This document shows positions 48,419 to 58,702 of a stretch of DNA of 64,000 bases, piece after piece. Location of the stretch: NCBI GenBank assembly GCA_903845195.1, contig CAIMWO010000033.1, positions 2,347 to 66,346 of the forward strand. The letters run 5' to 3'. The notes under the pieces are model-generated. The model was not told the origin of the DNA. It saw only the letters and a list, made by a program, of their open reading frames with translations, and searched no databases. Numbering within the stretch: position 1 is the first letter of the stretch; every line of letters begins with the position of its first letter. This DNA is from an uncultured Phycisphaerales bacterium. Its GTDB lineage: Bacteria > Planctomycetota > Phycisphaerae > WQYP01. Made by a program: the position numbers and the translations under genes.

Positions 48419-51400
48419 CTATCCGGCTCTTCCGGCGCGATGCGGCTCCACGCGTTCTTTGCTCACCCGCAGGCCGGTAGTGTTGATGTGGGCGGCAAAG
48501 GTAAGGCCGAGAGAACCGGGTCGCATCGAGAGATTGCGAAGTTCCGTGCGCAGCCGGTGGGCTTGGTCCGGCGTAGCGCAGAGAAAATACGCAAAGCCGC
48601 CCCCGCCCGCGCCGGCCAGTCCCCCGGCCAGATAGTGCGGCCGAAGCTGCAGAAACAGCGAATCGATCGCCGGCGTCGTCGAACCCGGGAAAAGGTCCTT
48701 TTTGATCCGCCAGTAGCGATTGATTTCCGCCGAACACGAAAGCCAGTCCGCATTCTTCAGCGCTGCCGTGGCCGCGTGGGCACAATGCACCAGCTCGTTG
48801 AACAGCACCAGTGTGCCGGGCTCTCGGGAAAGATAGCGCCCCATGACTTCACGCAAAATATTGCGCGCCAGCCGCTGTTGGCCGGTGAAGTAGACGACGA
48901 GGCGATCTTCGAAAGCTTGTCGATGGGCCGGCGACAGCGGAATGCGTGTCGCATGGAGCCGCTGCGGGATGCCGGGCTTGGCCGAGGTGATCTTGGCGCC
49001 GCCAAGGATTCCACCCACCTGATCCTGCCAGCCGCCGCCGGTGCCCAGGTATTGCTCCAGCAGCAGGGTTTGCTCGAACAGCGATGCCGGGGCGTTATCC
49101 TGTCCGGTCGCCGCGCGCAGCACAGCCAGCGTCGCGGCACCCAGAATCGATGAAGTTCCCATCCCCGAGCCCTTGGGAAGATTGGACGCCGTCATGAGTT
49201 CGAAGCCGCGCCTGCGCTTACCCGACCGGTGCAGACGCGACAGCCACTTATGCATGGAAGTTTCGCGCGCCGTCGGCGCCAACCCTGTCAGACGCAGCGC
49301 CACCATGTGCAGCGCAAACGGATTGCCCGCGAAAGAGTCGTCAGCGGAAATCGCCAGCTGTTCGGGATCGGTGATGATGCGCGTCTTTCCCAGGTCCCGC
49401 GAAACCAGCCGCACGATCGGCTCGTTCAGCGGTCGAAAGGTGGATTGAATCGGCTCAGTATCATTGAGGTTGATCGCGACATTGACGACCGTCCCGCCGT
49501 TTTCGAGGCAGTAGGGGGGTGTATCCGTCCATCCCCCGGCCAGATCGATGCGGACCGGTGCCGACGCGATCAGGCATTCGGAGTTCTCAATACTCAGCGC
49601 GGCGTCCTCTTTCGTCGCAACGATGCGCGGATCCATCGCTTGGCGGATGCAAGAAAAAGCCTGGTTCTGCAGAGCACCCGGCGCCGCGGGCAAGGCCACG
49701 GCGTCGTGAGGAAAGTGCGGACGGTCGATGATCTCCGCCAGCGACCAGAATAATCGCGCCCGAATCAGCGGCGGCGTCGCTGGATTTCGCGCAGCGCGGT
49801 GGACCTGCTCGGTTAGTTGCTGATACCCCGCCGGGCCGAAGTGATTGATCGTGCTTTGCACCGAAGCGGCAGAGCCATCCGCAACCGCGGTCAGCCACTC
49901 CGTCGCCTGAAGAATTCCCGAAAGCATGTCCCGGTGGTGAGCCATCGCCGCTGCGTCGCCGCGCTCCAGAATGTCGGCCATGGAATAACGGCGATCTGCC
50001 CGCCAGGCCTTGCGAACCGCACTTGTGAGCGCGTGCGGCGACGTCATCCACTCGATGTCGCTCATATGCGATTCCGCCCCGGCATGCGAAGCGTGAATCC
50101 CACGGTAAAGCTTCGCCGTCCAGAGCGAGCGCTTGGCCGACCGGTCATCGGGCCACAGGTCCGATTCGCTCAGTCCCGCCAGGCTCAGCCAGTGACGCAG
50201 ATCGATGTTGCAGAGCGTGCGATCCGTCTTGAAATCGTCGTGCACGCCGCTGATCACGGTGACCAGGTAGGACTTGTTTCCATCCTCGATCGGCACGCCG
50301 AAGACCAGCGTATCCGGCGGAACATGCAGGCCCGCGTGCGCGCCGCGGCCCGAAAGCTTGAGATTGCTCAGGATTGAACCGTGCCCGATGGTTAACCGAC
50401 CGGGCAGACTGCAATTTTCAATGACCACATGCTCGGCGATCTTTACGTCGGCTGCGGAAACGACCGATTGAAATACCCGCGCCGTCTTGGGCAGTGCGGC
50501 AGCACACGCAAAGCGGACGTTCTTGTGAAAGAGCGTGTTGATCGGCGCGGGATCGAGTCCCGTCATCGCATCGCGGAATTGCCGCGTCGTGCCCAGATGA
50601 GCGAAGTGCGCGTTTTCAAACTCATACACCCGCAGCGGCGAATGCGCCAGCGCGTGGCGCAAATCAGATTGCAGCTTGCGTAACAGCGGATCGCCGGAAA
50701 GCAGCGGAAGATTCTGCGTCAGTGCTGCCGGAACAATGTCGGAGTAAAGGTCGATCTGCCGGCGCGTCTTGAGATGCCACGCCGGCGAATACTTACGCGA
50801 GAGCGTGTGCAGCGCCGTCGTAGCGGCCGCATCGAAAAACAGCAGGCCGGAATCGATGAGCACCCGATCGCGCTCGTCCGTGACGCCTGCCGATCGCATC
50901 TGCTCGACCGTCGCCTTCTGCATCGTTGCGACGACCAGCGGAAACGCCGACTTCGCCGCCTTCGGGTTTCTCGCCGTTGGCTTTTCAATCTTGAACACGC
51001 CGTGGTGTTCGCCGAACTCCGCGGGTGTACGCAGCGAAAGTGCCGTGATGCCCGCGTTTTCTGGCAGCGACGGCATCGCCGCGCCGTCAAAAAGCAGAAA
51101 CACATCGCCCGCCGCGATCAGCATTCCCGCCCCTAGCCGCGGTGGCATCGCCGCCAGCATGAGGTAGAGGTGATCGAACAGGGTCATCAATTGGCCGTCG
51201 GGACGGATCAGCGGCAGCGGCGCAAAAATCTTGCCCAGTGCCGAGTACTGCGGCAGACGCTGCGATGCGCCGCCCGAATGAATCAGCAAAATGCGCAGCG
51301 CATCGAACGGCTTCGCCTCTCCGATCGACTTGTGATGCGCCGCGATGGCGCGCAACACGCCAAACGTGGCCCCGCCCGAACCGGCACGAAACCCCGGCGG

Positions 51401-51724
51401 ATCGGGCACCACCAGGTTTTGCTGCGATGATGGGAAAAACGCTCCCAGCGGCCCGCCCCCCGAAGCCCGCGCCGCCAATTCATGCCGATACCCCGCCGCC
51501 TGATGTTCATTCGCCGCCGTCAGCACCAGGTAATCCCACGTCAACCCCGGTTGATGCCCGATCAACGCACGTTTGTAAGCCTCCGCCGCGCGGGAGAGCA
51601 GCAGTTCGAGATTCTCACCCGCCTTCGGTTTCGATTTGCGATGTTCACTTGAGGACATGGAACTACCCTGAAAGAGCCCGGGAAACGACGTGAGTTTGTT
51701 ATCGGCCAGATATCTTCGCATCAT
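48419..51724 (-). CDS. fkp: bifunctional L-fucokinase / GDP-L-fucose pyrophosphorylase (Fkp-type): N-terminal nucleotidyltransferase, C-terminal GHMP kinase
   Basis: N-terminus WDYLVLTAANEHQAAGY...LLIHSGGASQRLPQYSALGKIFAPLP. GHMP motifs RIDLAGGWTDTPPYCLENGGTVVNVAINL, NLPKGSGMGTSSILGAATLAV, GTGGGWQDQVGGILGG. Alternative start at 51658. Confidence 0.75.
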   Translation of the reverse strand: MMRRYLADNKLTSFPGLFQGSSMSSSEHRKSKPKAGENLELLLSRAAEAYKRALIGHQPGLTWDYLVLTAANEHQAAGYRHELAARASGGGPLGAFFPSSQQNLVVPDPPGFRAGSGGATFGVLRAIAAHHKSIGEAKPFDALRILLIHSGGASQRLPQYSALGKIFAPLPLIRPDGQLMTLFDHLYLMLAAMPPRLGAGMLIAAGDVFLLFDGAAMPSLPENAGITALSLRTPAEFGEHHGVFKIEKPTARNPKAAKSAFPLVVATMQKATVEQMRSAGVTDERDRVLIDSGLLFFDAAATTALHTLSRKYSPAWHLKTRRQIDLYSDIVPAALTQNLPLLSGDPLLRKLQSDLRHALAHSPLRVYEFENAHFAHLGTTRQFRDAMTGLDPAPINTLFHKNVRFACAAALPKTARVFQSVVSAADVKIAEHVVIENCSLPGRLTIGHGSILSNLKLSGRGAHAGLHVPPDTLVFGVPIEDGNKSYLVTVISGVHDDFKTDRTLCNIDLRHWLSLAGLSESDLWPDDRSAKRSLWTAKLYRGIHASHAGAESHMSDIEWMTSPHALTSAVRKAWRADRRYSMADILERGDAAAMAHHRDMLSGILQATEWLTAVADGSAASVQSTINHFGPAGYQQLTEQVHRAARNPATPPLIRARLFWSLAEIIDRPHFPHDAVALPAAPGALQNQAFSCIRQAMDPRIVATKEDAALSIENSECLIASAPVRIDLAGGWTDTPPYCLENGGTVVNVAINLNDTEPIQSTFRPLNEPIVRLVSRDLGKTRIITDPEQLAISADDSFAGNPFALHMVALRLTGLAPTARETSMHKWLSRLHRSGKRRRGFELMTASNLPKGSGMGTSSILGAATLAVLRAATGQDNAPASLFEQTLLLEQYLGTGGGWQDQVGGILGGAKITSAKPGIPQRLHATRIPLSPAHRQAFEDRLVVYFTGQQRLARNILREVMGRYLSREPGTLVLFNELVHCAHAATAALKNADWLSCSAEINRYWRIKKDLFPGSTTPAIDSLFLQLRPHYLAGGLAGAGGGGFAYFLCATPDQAHRLRTELRNLSMRPGSLGLTFAAHINTTGLRVSKERVEPHRAGRAG

Positions 51725-51807
51725 GATGAGGACAAAACATTTGCCACGATAGTAAGCCTATTGAAACGCGGGGTGAAGCACCGACCATGACGGTTCAGGC
51801 AGTGGCC

Positions 51808-53307
51808 TTACGCGTCGAGTCTCTTCTCCAGCAACTCGCCCACCATTTTCGGATCCGCCTTGCCCTGGCTGATCTTCATCACCGCACCGCGGAGGAAGCC
51901 CAGGCTCGCCTGCTTCTTCTTCGGATTGTTCTTGTAGCTGTCGACCGCATTAGGATTGGCCGCCAGCGCCTCTTCCACCCACTTCTCCGTGGCACCCACA
52001 TCACGAACCTGGATGAGCCCCTTGGCCTCCGCGATCTTCTTCGGATCGCCCGACGGATTCGCGAGCAGCTCCTCGAAAACCGTCACCGCCGCCGTGGCCG
52101 AAATCGTCCCGTCGTCCGCCAGCTTGGCCAGCGCCGCATAAGTCATCGCCGAGATGCCCAACTCCGGCAGCAGCACGCCGCGTTCCTTCGCGGTCTTCGT
52201 CGCCACGCCCAGCAACAGATTCGTGACCCGCCGCGCCGATCCGCCCGCCGCTACCGCCGCCTCGAACAGCTCAGCATTCGGCCGCTCGTCGATCAGCGCC
52301 ATCGATTCCTTCGGCGTAAGCGCATAATGTTTTTCATAACGCTTCCGCCGCTGGATCGGCAATTCGACCACTTCCTTCCGCACCGTCTCGCGCCACTGCT
52401 CGCTCACCGTCACGGGCACCAGGTCGGGATCGGGAAAATACCGGTAATCCTCTGCCTCTTCCTTTTCGCGCTGCAAAACGGTGACGCCTTTGTCATCATC
52501 CCAGCCGCGGGTGCTCTTACGCATCGGCTGCTGCTTCTGTCCGCCCGCATGCCATTCCGCAAGTTGCCGCTGAATCTCATACGCACACGCCCGCTCCACG
52601 GATCGGAAACTGTTCAGGTTCTTGCATTCCGTGATCGGCGTCTTGAACGTCTGCCCATTATGGAAAATGTGCAGGTTAATGTTCGGCTCAAACCGCATGT
52701 GGCCCTGCTGCATAATGCCTTGCGAAACGCCCAGGTACCGGCAGATCCGCCTCAGTTCTTCACCGAAAAGCCTCGCCTCCTCCGGTGTGGTCAGATCCGG
52801 CTCTGTCACGATCTCCAGCAGCGGCGTACCCGCGCGATTCAGATCGACCTGGCTGAACTCCTCGTGTCCCTCATGCAGCAACTTGCCCGCATCCTCCTCC
52901 AGGTGCGCACGCCGGATGCGAATCGTCTTGTACGAACCATCCGTCAGCGGCAATTCAATCTGTCCCTCGCCGCACAGCGGCAAGTCATATTGCGAAATCT
53001 GATAATTCTTCGGCAGGTCCGGATAGTAATAAGACTTGCGGTCCCACTTCGTGAATGAGGGAATGACGCAATTCAACGCCAGCCCCACCATCATCGCCAT
53101 CTCCACCGCCCGCTTGTTGATCACCGGCAACACGCCCGGCAGCCCCAAAATGACCGGATCAACCAGCGTATTCGGCGCCGCATTGGCATTATCCGGATAC
53201 GCCCCGTTGGCCACACTGGTGAACATCTTGGTCTTGGTGGCAAGCTGAACGTGGATTTCCATGCCGATGAGAACTTTGTATTGGATGTCGGTTGCAGTTG
53301 CGGACAT
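51808..53307 (-). CDS. gatB: Asp-tRNA(Asn)/Glu-tRNA(Gln) amidotransferase subunit B
   Basis: MSATATDIQYKVLIGMEIHVQL...GLPGVLPVINKRAVEMAMMVGLALNC canonical GatB N-terminus. C-terminal GatB/YqeY domain. Confidence 0.9.
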   Translation of the reverse strand: MSATATDIQYKVLIGMEIHVQLATKTKMFTSVANGAYPDNANAAPNTLVDPVILGLPGVLPVINKRAVEMAMMVGLALNCVIPSFTKWDRKSYYYPDLPKNYQISQYDLPLCGEGQIELPLTDGSYKTIRIRRAHLEEDAGKLLHEGHEEFSQVDLNRAGTPLLEIVTEPDLTTPEEARLFGEELRRICRYLGVSQGIMQQGHMRFEPNINLHIFHNGQTFKTPITECKNLNSFRSVERACAYEIQRQLAEWHAGGQKQQPMRKSTRGWDDDKGVTVLQREKEEAEDYRYFPDPDLVPVTVSEQWRETVRKEVVELPIQRRKRYEKHYALTPKESMALIDERPNAELFEAAVAAGGSARRVTNLLLGVATKTAKERGVLLPELGISAMTYAALAKLADDGTISATAAVTVFEELLANPSGDPKKIAEAKGLIQVRDVGATEKWVEEALAANPNAVDSYKNNPKKKQASLGFLRGAVMKISQGKADPKMVGELLEKRLDA

Positions 53308-53476
53308 TTTTTCACCACTGAATCACAGGAAACGATGACGCACCGTGCGGTCAATAGATTAACGGGAAGCCCGCGGGGATGCACGCGGACGGCGGTTTGT
53401 CAGCCGCAAAAATGTGGCGGATAATGCGCTGCGGACCGGTCATGCATAAAATGCCCAAGTCTATAAAGGAGCCCCC

Positions 53477-54496
53477 GTGGCCGCTTTACCCCTTTCCCCG
53501 ACGTTGTTCTTTGACACGATCAATGCATTTCAACGGGCCGCCGCCCTGAACACGGCAATCGAACTGAAACTCTTCACCGCCATCTCCGAAGGCCACGACA
53601 CCCCCGAAAAGCTCGCATCCCGCTGCCAGACCGCCGTCCGCGGCGCGCGAATACTGGCCGATTACCTCGTCGTCATCGGCTTCCTCACCAAGAACGCCGG
53701 CCGCTACGGCCTCACGCCCGATTCCGCCGCCTTCCTCGTCGAAGGCACACGCACCTACGTCGGTGGGGCGGCACTATTTCTTTATGACCAGCGCCAGCGC
53801 GATGTATGCGCCGACCTTACCGCCCGCGTCCGCCGCGGCGGCGCCCCGCCCGATGGCGATCACGTCCTCGACCCGGAAAGCGATGTCTGGGTGAAATTCG
53901 CCCGCGGCATGGCCGGCATGATGACACTCATCGCGCAGATGCTGGCGCGCAAACTCATTGTCGGAAACGCCGCGACGCAGCCGCTGAAAGTCCTCGACAT
54001 CGCCGCCGGTCACGGCCTGTTCGGAGCATTCATCGCACGCGAAAATCCCCAGGCTCGAATCGTCGCCCAGGATTGGGGCAACGTCCTCGAAGTCGCCAAG
54101 GAAAATGCAGAAAAATTCGGCGTCGCATCCCGTTTTGAATACCTGCCCGGCAGCGTGTTCGATGTCGACTTCGGCACCGGCTACGACCTCGTGCTGGTCA
54201 CGAACATCCTGCACCACTTCGATCCGCCGACCAATGAAAAACTGATGCGCAAGGTCTACGCCGCGCTCAAACCCGGCGGCCGCGCCGCAACGCTCGAATT
54301 CATCCCCAATGACGACCGCATCACCCCGCCCAACTCCGCCGCATTTGCCCTCATCATGCTCGCCGGCACCCCCGGCGGCGATGCCTACACCTTCCGCGAA
54401 CTCCATCAGATGATGCAAAACGCCGGCTTCGCCCGCAGCGAGTGCCTCGACCTCGCCCCTACCCTCCAACGTGTGGTGATTTCTCACAAAGCCTAG
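53477..54496 (+). CDS. class I SAM-dependent O-methyltransferase (family 2, with N-terminal dimerisation domain)
   Basis: VLDIAAGHGLFGAFIARENPQARIVAQDW, YDLVLVTNILHHFD. Confidence 0.75.
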   Translation: MAALPLSPTLFFDTINAFQRAAALNTAIELKLFTAISEGHDTPEKLASRCQTAVRGARILADYLVVIGFLTKNAGRYGLTPDSAAFLVEGTRTYVGGAALFLYDQRQRDVCADLTARVRRGGAPPDGDHVLDPESDVWVKFARGMAGMMTLIAQMLARKLIVGNAATQPLKVLDIAAGHGLFGAFIARENPQARIVAQDWGNVLEVAKENAEKFGVASRFEYLPGSVFDVDFGTGYDLVLVTNILHHFDPPTNEKLMRKVYAALKPGGRAATLEFIPNDDRITPPNSAAFALIMLAGTPGGDAYTFRELHQMMQNAGFARSECLDLAPTLQRVVISHKA

Positions 54497-54595
54497 ATGG
54501 GCTTCAAAATCGCTCGTCGCTTCAGACCCGCGAATCACCTCAGAGCCGTGCGGCTCCGCCGCCGGCCCAACAAATGAGCCGCATCGATGCACTTT

Positions 54596-55441
54596 TCAAT
54601 CTGCCTGGGCGCGGCAGAACGCATCAACTGTGCCGAGCAAGACAAACCCCGCCCGCTCATAGAGTCCAATGGCCGCCGCATTGCCCTCATTCGTAAGCAG
54701 CGTGACATAACGATGCCGCGACCGTGCCGCCAGCTCAAACGCCCGCAGCAACAGCGCACCGCCGATGCCCTGCCGGCGATACGCCGGGTGAACATCAAGA
54801 CTGTAGATGTATCCAAGATCGCCGCGGGTATAGAGCGTGACGCAACCGGCCGCCACGGGAACATCAGTACTGGCGAGCGCCAGAAACCCGTCCATATCTG
54901 TGTCGTCGAGTCGCCGTTCCACCGCGGTGAGAAGCTGCAACCGCTCTGCGGGATCCGTAACGCCCTCGTTCGCGAGAATTGTTTCTGTAAGACTGCCCAA
55001 CAAGGACATGCCCGCGCGAATCGGCACAAACGTGAGATCCGCTCGATCTGGAAGCGGCCTCACCTGCCCGAGTGAATAGCAACGATCCGTCCGCTGCTGA
55101 TAGCCCTCGGATTGCAGCACGGCCTGTAACCCGGTGCAAGCATTCTGCGGGGAAATTTCCCATTTCCGGCACCGGACGTTGTGCTGGTTGAAATACCCGT
55201 CCACCTCCGCGATCGCCGCGGCGGGATCGGCATCGGCCGTAAGGGATATGTCTGTGACACAATTGGCCGAGCGCACCACCGGAAACTCCGGCGCGCAAAT
55301 TGCCAGGCCAAAATCGAACGTCGTTGACTCTCCTAGAATTAAATTCGCCGCCCCATGCGCCCGCACGGTCCGCGCAACCAGTTGCTGCGCCGTCATCGCC
55401 GGCACGGCAGATTTGAACACTGGAAGGTTGAATCGGGACAT
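54596..55441 (-). CDS. GNAT-family N-acetyltransferase (tandem GNAT-like halves)
   Basis: C-terminal half YIYSLDVHPAYRRQGIGGALLLRAFELAA...VTLLTNEGNAAAIGLYERAGF is a canonical acetyl-CoA-binding motif. Confidence 0.6.
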   Translation of the reverse strand: MSRFNLPVFKSAVPAMTAQQLVARTVRAHGAANLILGESTTFDFGLAICAPEFPVVRSANCVTDISLTADADPAAAIAEVDGYFNQHNVRCRKWEISPQNACTGLQAVLQSEGYQQRTDRCYSLGQVRPLPDRADLTFVPIRAGMSLLGSLTETILANEGVTDPAERLQLLTAVERRLDDTDMDGFLALASTDVPVAAGCVTLYTRGDLGYIYSLDVHPAYRRQGIGGALLLRAFELAARSRHRYVTLLTNEGNAAAIGLYERAGFVLLGTVDAFCRAQAD

Positions 55442-55742
55442 CACTCGTCCTTGGTTTCCGTGCCACGCACACCGAACCAATGTTTTTGCATTGAGGCAAG
55501 AAATTCTCGGGTAATCGGATAACCCGATGCAGACCCGATCACCGAATCGATTCCACAGTACGGGCAGAATGCTGTTTGGCCAACCCCAATAGGTTCGTCG
55601 TACCAATTGGTAATTAACGAGGGAGGAAATAGTCGGATGCAACAAAAGCAACCGCAGGTATTGCTGCGCTCAATTTCGTCTCGGTGACGAATGCTATGTT
55701 TGTAGGCGGCAATGTAGTCGGGGTCTGCCATGGGGCTTCCGA

Positions 55743-57206
55743 TTACGCACAGACGCCGGGCTTCTTCTTGCTCCACTCATGCGCCGATTCATACTGCTGC
55801 GCCACCCGCAGCAGCGTCTTCTCGCTGAACGTCGGCCCCAGCAACTGCAACCCGATCGGCAGATTCCTCGAAAACCCGCACGGCAGCGACAGCCCCGGAA
55901 TCCCCGCAATATTGCACGTCACCGTGAACACATCGCACAAATACATCTGCAGCGGATCGTCCCCCTTGCTCCCGAACTCAAACGCCACTGATGGCGACGT
56001 CGGACAAGCAATCACGTCGCACTTCTGAAACGCATCATCAAAATCCTTCTTGATCAGCGCCCGAACCTTCAACGCTTGCAGGTAAAACTTGTCGGCATAA
56101 CCCGCCGAAAGCGCGTACGTCCCCAGCATGATGCGGCGCTTCACTTCCGCCCCAAATCCCTCGCCCCGGCTCGCGGCATACAAATCGTACAGATCCTGCG
56201 GCGTATGCGTGCGATGTCCATAATGCACCCCGTCATATCGCGCCAGATTCGATGACGCCTCCGCTGGCGCAATGATGTAATACGCCGCAATGCCATACTT
56301 CGTGTGCGGCAGCGAAACGTCCACCAGCGTCGCCCCGTGCGATTTGTACCAGTCGATCGCCCCCTGCACCGCCGCCTTGACCTCCGGCTCCATCCCCTCC
56401 ACATCAAAATATTCCCGCGGAATCCCGATCCGCAGCCCCGTCATCGGCGTCTTCAACTCCGCCAGATAATCCGGAATGGCATCAGGCCAGCTGGTGGAAT
56501 CCTTCTCATCATGTCCCGCGATCACCTGCAAAAACAGCGCTGCATCTTCCACCGTCTGCGTCATCGGCCCGATCTGATCCAGCGAACTGGCAAACGCCAC
56601 CAGCCCGTAGCGCGATACCAGTCCATACGTCGGCTTAAGCCCCACGATCCCGCACAGCGAGGCCGGCTGACGGATCGATCCTCCCGTGTCCGAGCCCAGC
56701 CCGCCGAACGCCAGTCGCGCCGCCGTCGCCGCCGCCGCCCCGCCCGACGATCCGCCCGGCACGCACTTGGTATTCCAGGGATTCTTGCTCGGCCCGAATG
56801 CCGAATTCTCTGTCGACGAACCCATCGCAAATTCGTCCAAGTTCGTCTTGCCCACGATCACCGCGCCCGCCGCCTGTAGCTTCTCCACCACCGTCGCGTT
56901 ATACGGCGCATGAAAATTTTCCAGCATCTTGCTGGAGCACGTCGTCGCGCCCCAGTTCGTGCACATGTTGTCCTTGATGTAGATCGGCACGCCCGCCAGC
57001 AGCCCCGGCTTCTCGCCGCGCTTGATCGCCGCGTCGATCTTCTCCGCCTGCTCGATCGCCCGCTGCGGGAAGATCGAGTTGTACGCATGAAGCTGCGGAT
57101 TCAGATGGTCGATCGCCGTCAGAACTTCCTGCGTCGCCTGCCGGCTGGTGATCTCTCCGGCAGCAATTTTGTCGCGCAGTTCACGGGCGGTAAGGGACGA
57201 AAGCAT
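55743..57206 (-). CDS. gatA: Asp-tRNA(Asn)/Glu-tRNA(Gln) amidotransferase subunit A (amidase signature)
   Basis: GLLAGVPIYIKDNMCT, GGSSGGAAAATAARLAFGGLGSDTGGSIRQPA amidase signature. Confidence 0.9.
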   Translation of the reverse strand: MLSSLTARELRDKIAAGEITSRQATQEVLTAIDHLNPQLHAYNSIFPQRAIEQAEKIDAAIKRGEKPGLLAGVPIYIKDNMCTNWGATTCSSKMLENFHAPYNATVVEKLQAAGAVIVGKTNLDEFAMGSSTENSAFGPSKNPWNTKCVPGGSSGGAAAATAARLAFGGLGSDTGGSIRQPASLCGIVGLKPTYGLVSRYGLVAFASSLDQIGPMTQTVEDAALFLQVIAGHDEKDSTSWPDAIPDYLAELKTPMTGLRIGIPREYFDVEGMEPEVKAAVQGAIDWYKSHGATLVDVSLPHTKYGIAAYYIIAPAEASSNLARYDGVHYGHRTHTPQDLYDLYAASRGEGFGAEVKRRIMLGTYALSAGYADKFYLQALKVRALIKKDFDDAFQKCDVIACPTSPSVAFEFGSKGDDPLQMYLCDVFTVTCNIAGIPGLSLPCGFSRNLPIGLQLLGPTFSEKTLLRVAQQYESAHEWSKKKPGVCA

Positions 57207-57243
57207 GCAGCGTTCCTTGAGCGGTTAGTGGCCTATTTCATCG

Positions 57244-57846
57244 TTACTGGTTGGGCTTCCACGTGATCGAGCCGAGAATGCCGAGCGCCAGTTTGCGTTC
57301 GTCATCATTCTTTGCCACGGCCATCGCATGCAGCTGATCGCCATCGGCCCGAAGCACGATCAATTCGCAGAAGGGTTGTTTCCCCTTCGTATACCCGTTG
57401 ATCTCCCGCGTCGGCAGACCGTTTAGCAGGTAAGTCTTGGTCTCTTTCACGGTGTAGTCCGCCGGGCCCGCCTCGACCAGACTCTTGGCCTCCGCCGAAG
57501 TCGTGATGACCACAAACGGCGTATCGGTCGGTGCCGGCCGTCCGTTATACAAAGAATATTGATCGATCTTTTCGGTGGACTTCTTCATTCGCGTAACCGT
57601 CGTCGGCGTCGTGAATTCCCACGTGCCGCTGACCACCGGCGCCTTCGCCCCCGACAACGTCGGCCCACCCGCTTTCACCGGTTCCGCCTCGGCCTTGCTC
57701 GAAGCGTTCACCGCAATCACATCCTCGCCGAACTCCGGCCGCACTATCCGCTGCCGTTGCTGAATCGGACTCATCGATTGGCAACCCGCCAGCAACAGCA
57801 ACCCCGCTCCCCCTGCCATCATCCATCCACGTATTTTCATAATCAT
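57244..57846 (-). CDS. lipoprotein, hypothetical
   Basis: AGAGG SD. MIMKIRGWMMAGGAGLLLLAGC lipobox. Confidence 0.45.
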   Translation of the reverse strand: MIMKIRGWMMAGGAGLLLLAGCQSMSPIQQRQRIVRPEFGEDVIAVNASSKAEAEPVKAGGPTLSGAKAPVVSGTWEFTTPTTVTRMKKSTEKIDQYSLYNGRPAPTDTPFVVITTSAEAKSLVEAGPADYTVKETKTYLLNGLPTREINGYTKGKQPFCELIVLRADGDQLHAMAVAKNDDERKLALGILGSITWKPNQ

Positions 57847-57915
57847 TACCTCTGAAAGAGATCCTGATGTTCTTCCCACATCGCAGCGGCACAACGGCCG
57901 CGCGACCATTTTTTC

Positions 57916-58236
57916 TTATCCACCGCCCATGCCGGTATCCAAAACCTTCGGCACCGCAAAATAAGGCCCATCCTTCGCCGGTGCGTTCGCCAATATCTGC
58001 TCCGTCGTCAGCCCGGGATGCACCACATCCTCCCGCAGCACATTCTTCAGCGGCAGCGGATGCGCCATCGGCTCAACGCCTTCAACATTCACTTCCTTCA
58101 ACTGCGCCACGTACCCCAGCACACCCGTAAGCTGGGTGGCATAGCGGGCAATGTCGGCATCCGTGAGCTTCAATCGCGCCAGCTTGGCGACCTTTTTCAC
58201 TTCTGCTGCATCGAGCTTTACGGCCGGTTCAGCCAT
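57916..58236 (-). CDS. gatC: Asp-tRNA(Asn)/Glu-tRNA(Gln) amidotransferase subunit C
   Basis: 106 aa; VKKVAKLARLKLTDADIARYATQLTGVLGYVAQLKEVNVEGVEPMAHPL is the GatC signature. Confidence 0.8.
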   Translation of the reverse strand: MAEPAVKLDAAEVKKVAKLARLKLTDADIARYATQLTGVLGYVAQLKEVNVEGVEPMAHPLPLKNVLREDVVHPGLTTEQILANAPAKDGPYFAVPKVLDTGMGGG

Positions 58237-58256
58237 GAGCCCATCCTTTCGCGCAT

Positions 58257-58284
58257 AAAAAACGAGGCTCGTAAGCCTCGTTTG
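58257..58284 (-). terminator. rho-independent terminator downstream of rpmB (minus strand)
   Basis: Minus strand reads acgaggct-tacg-agcctcgt followed by tttttt. 8-bp stem. Confidence 0.5.
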
Positions 58285-58377
58285 TACGTCTAACTCATGA
58301 TTTGGTCAACGATTTCCAAGGACCGTATCGCCGATGCCCCTCGGCCGTCCGGCCGCCAAAGGCTTCGACCACCCGTC

Positions 58378-58650
58378 TTAGGCTTCTACCTTCGCCGGTG
58401 CCTTGTACGTCTGCGAACGCTTCAACCGCTTGGTCACCAGGCCGCTGCGAATCGCCTTGGCCGACGCCCACACCCGGGCCGGCTTGCCATCGATCACAAC
58501 GCGAACCTTCTGCAGGTTCGGCTTGAACTTGCGGGCGCTGCGACCGGTGATCTTGATACCTACGCCGCCCAGGTACTTGGCCTTACCACGGTAGGTGCAC
58601 TGGCGACCGATCTTCGTGCGACGGCCGGTATAAACACATTCGTGCGGCAT
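58378..58650 (-). CDS. rpmB: 50S ribosomal protein L28
   Basis: MPHECVYTGRRTKIGRQCTYRGKAKYLGGVGIKITGRSARKFKPNLQKVRV fits the L28 pattern (C.VTGK...G...S......R.F.PNLQ). Confidence 0.8.
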   Translation of the reverse strand: MPHECVYTGRRTKIGRQCTYRGKAKYLGGVGIKITGRSARKFKPNLQKVRVVIDGKPARVWASAKAIRSGLVTKRLKRSQTYKAPAKVEA

Positions 58651-58702
58651 GGATAAACTCCTTGGTCAATATCGAGCCAAGTAATCTAGCAGAAAGGCGG
58701 GT

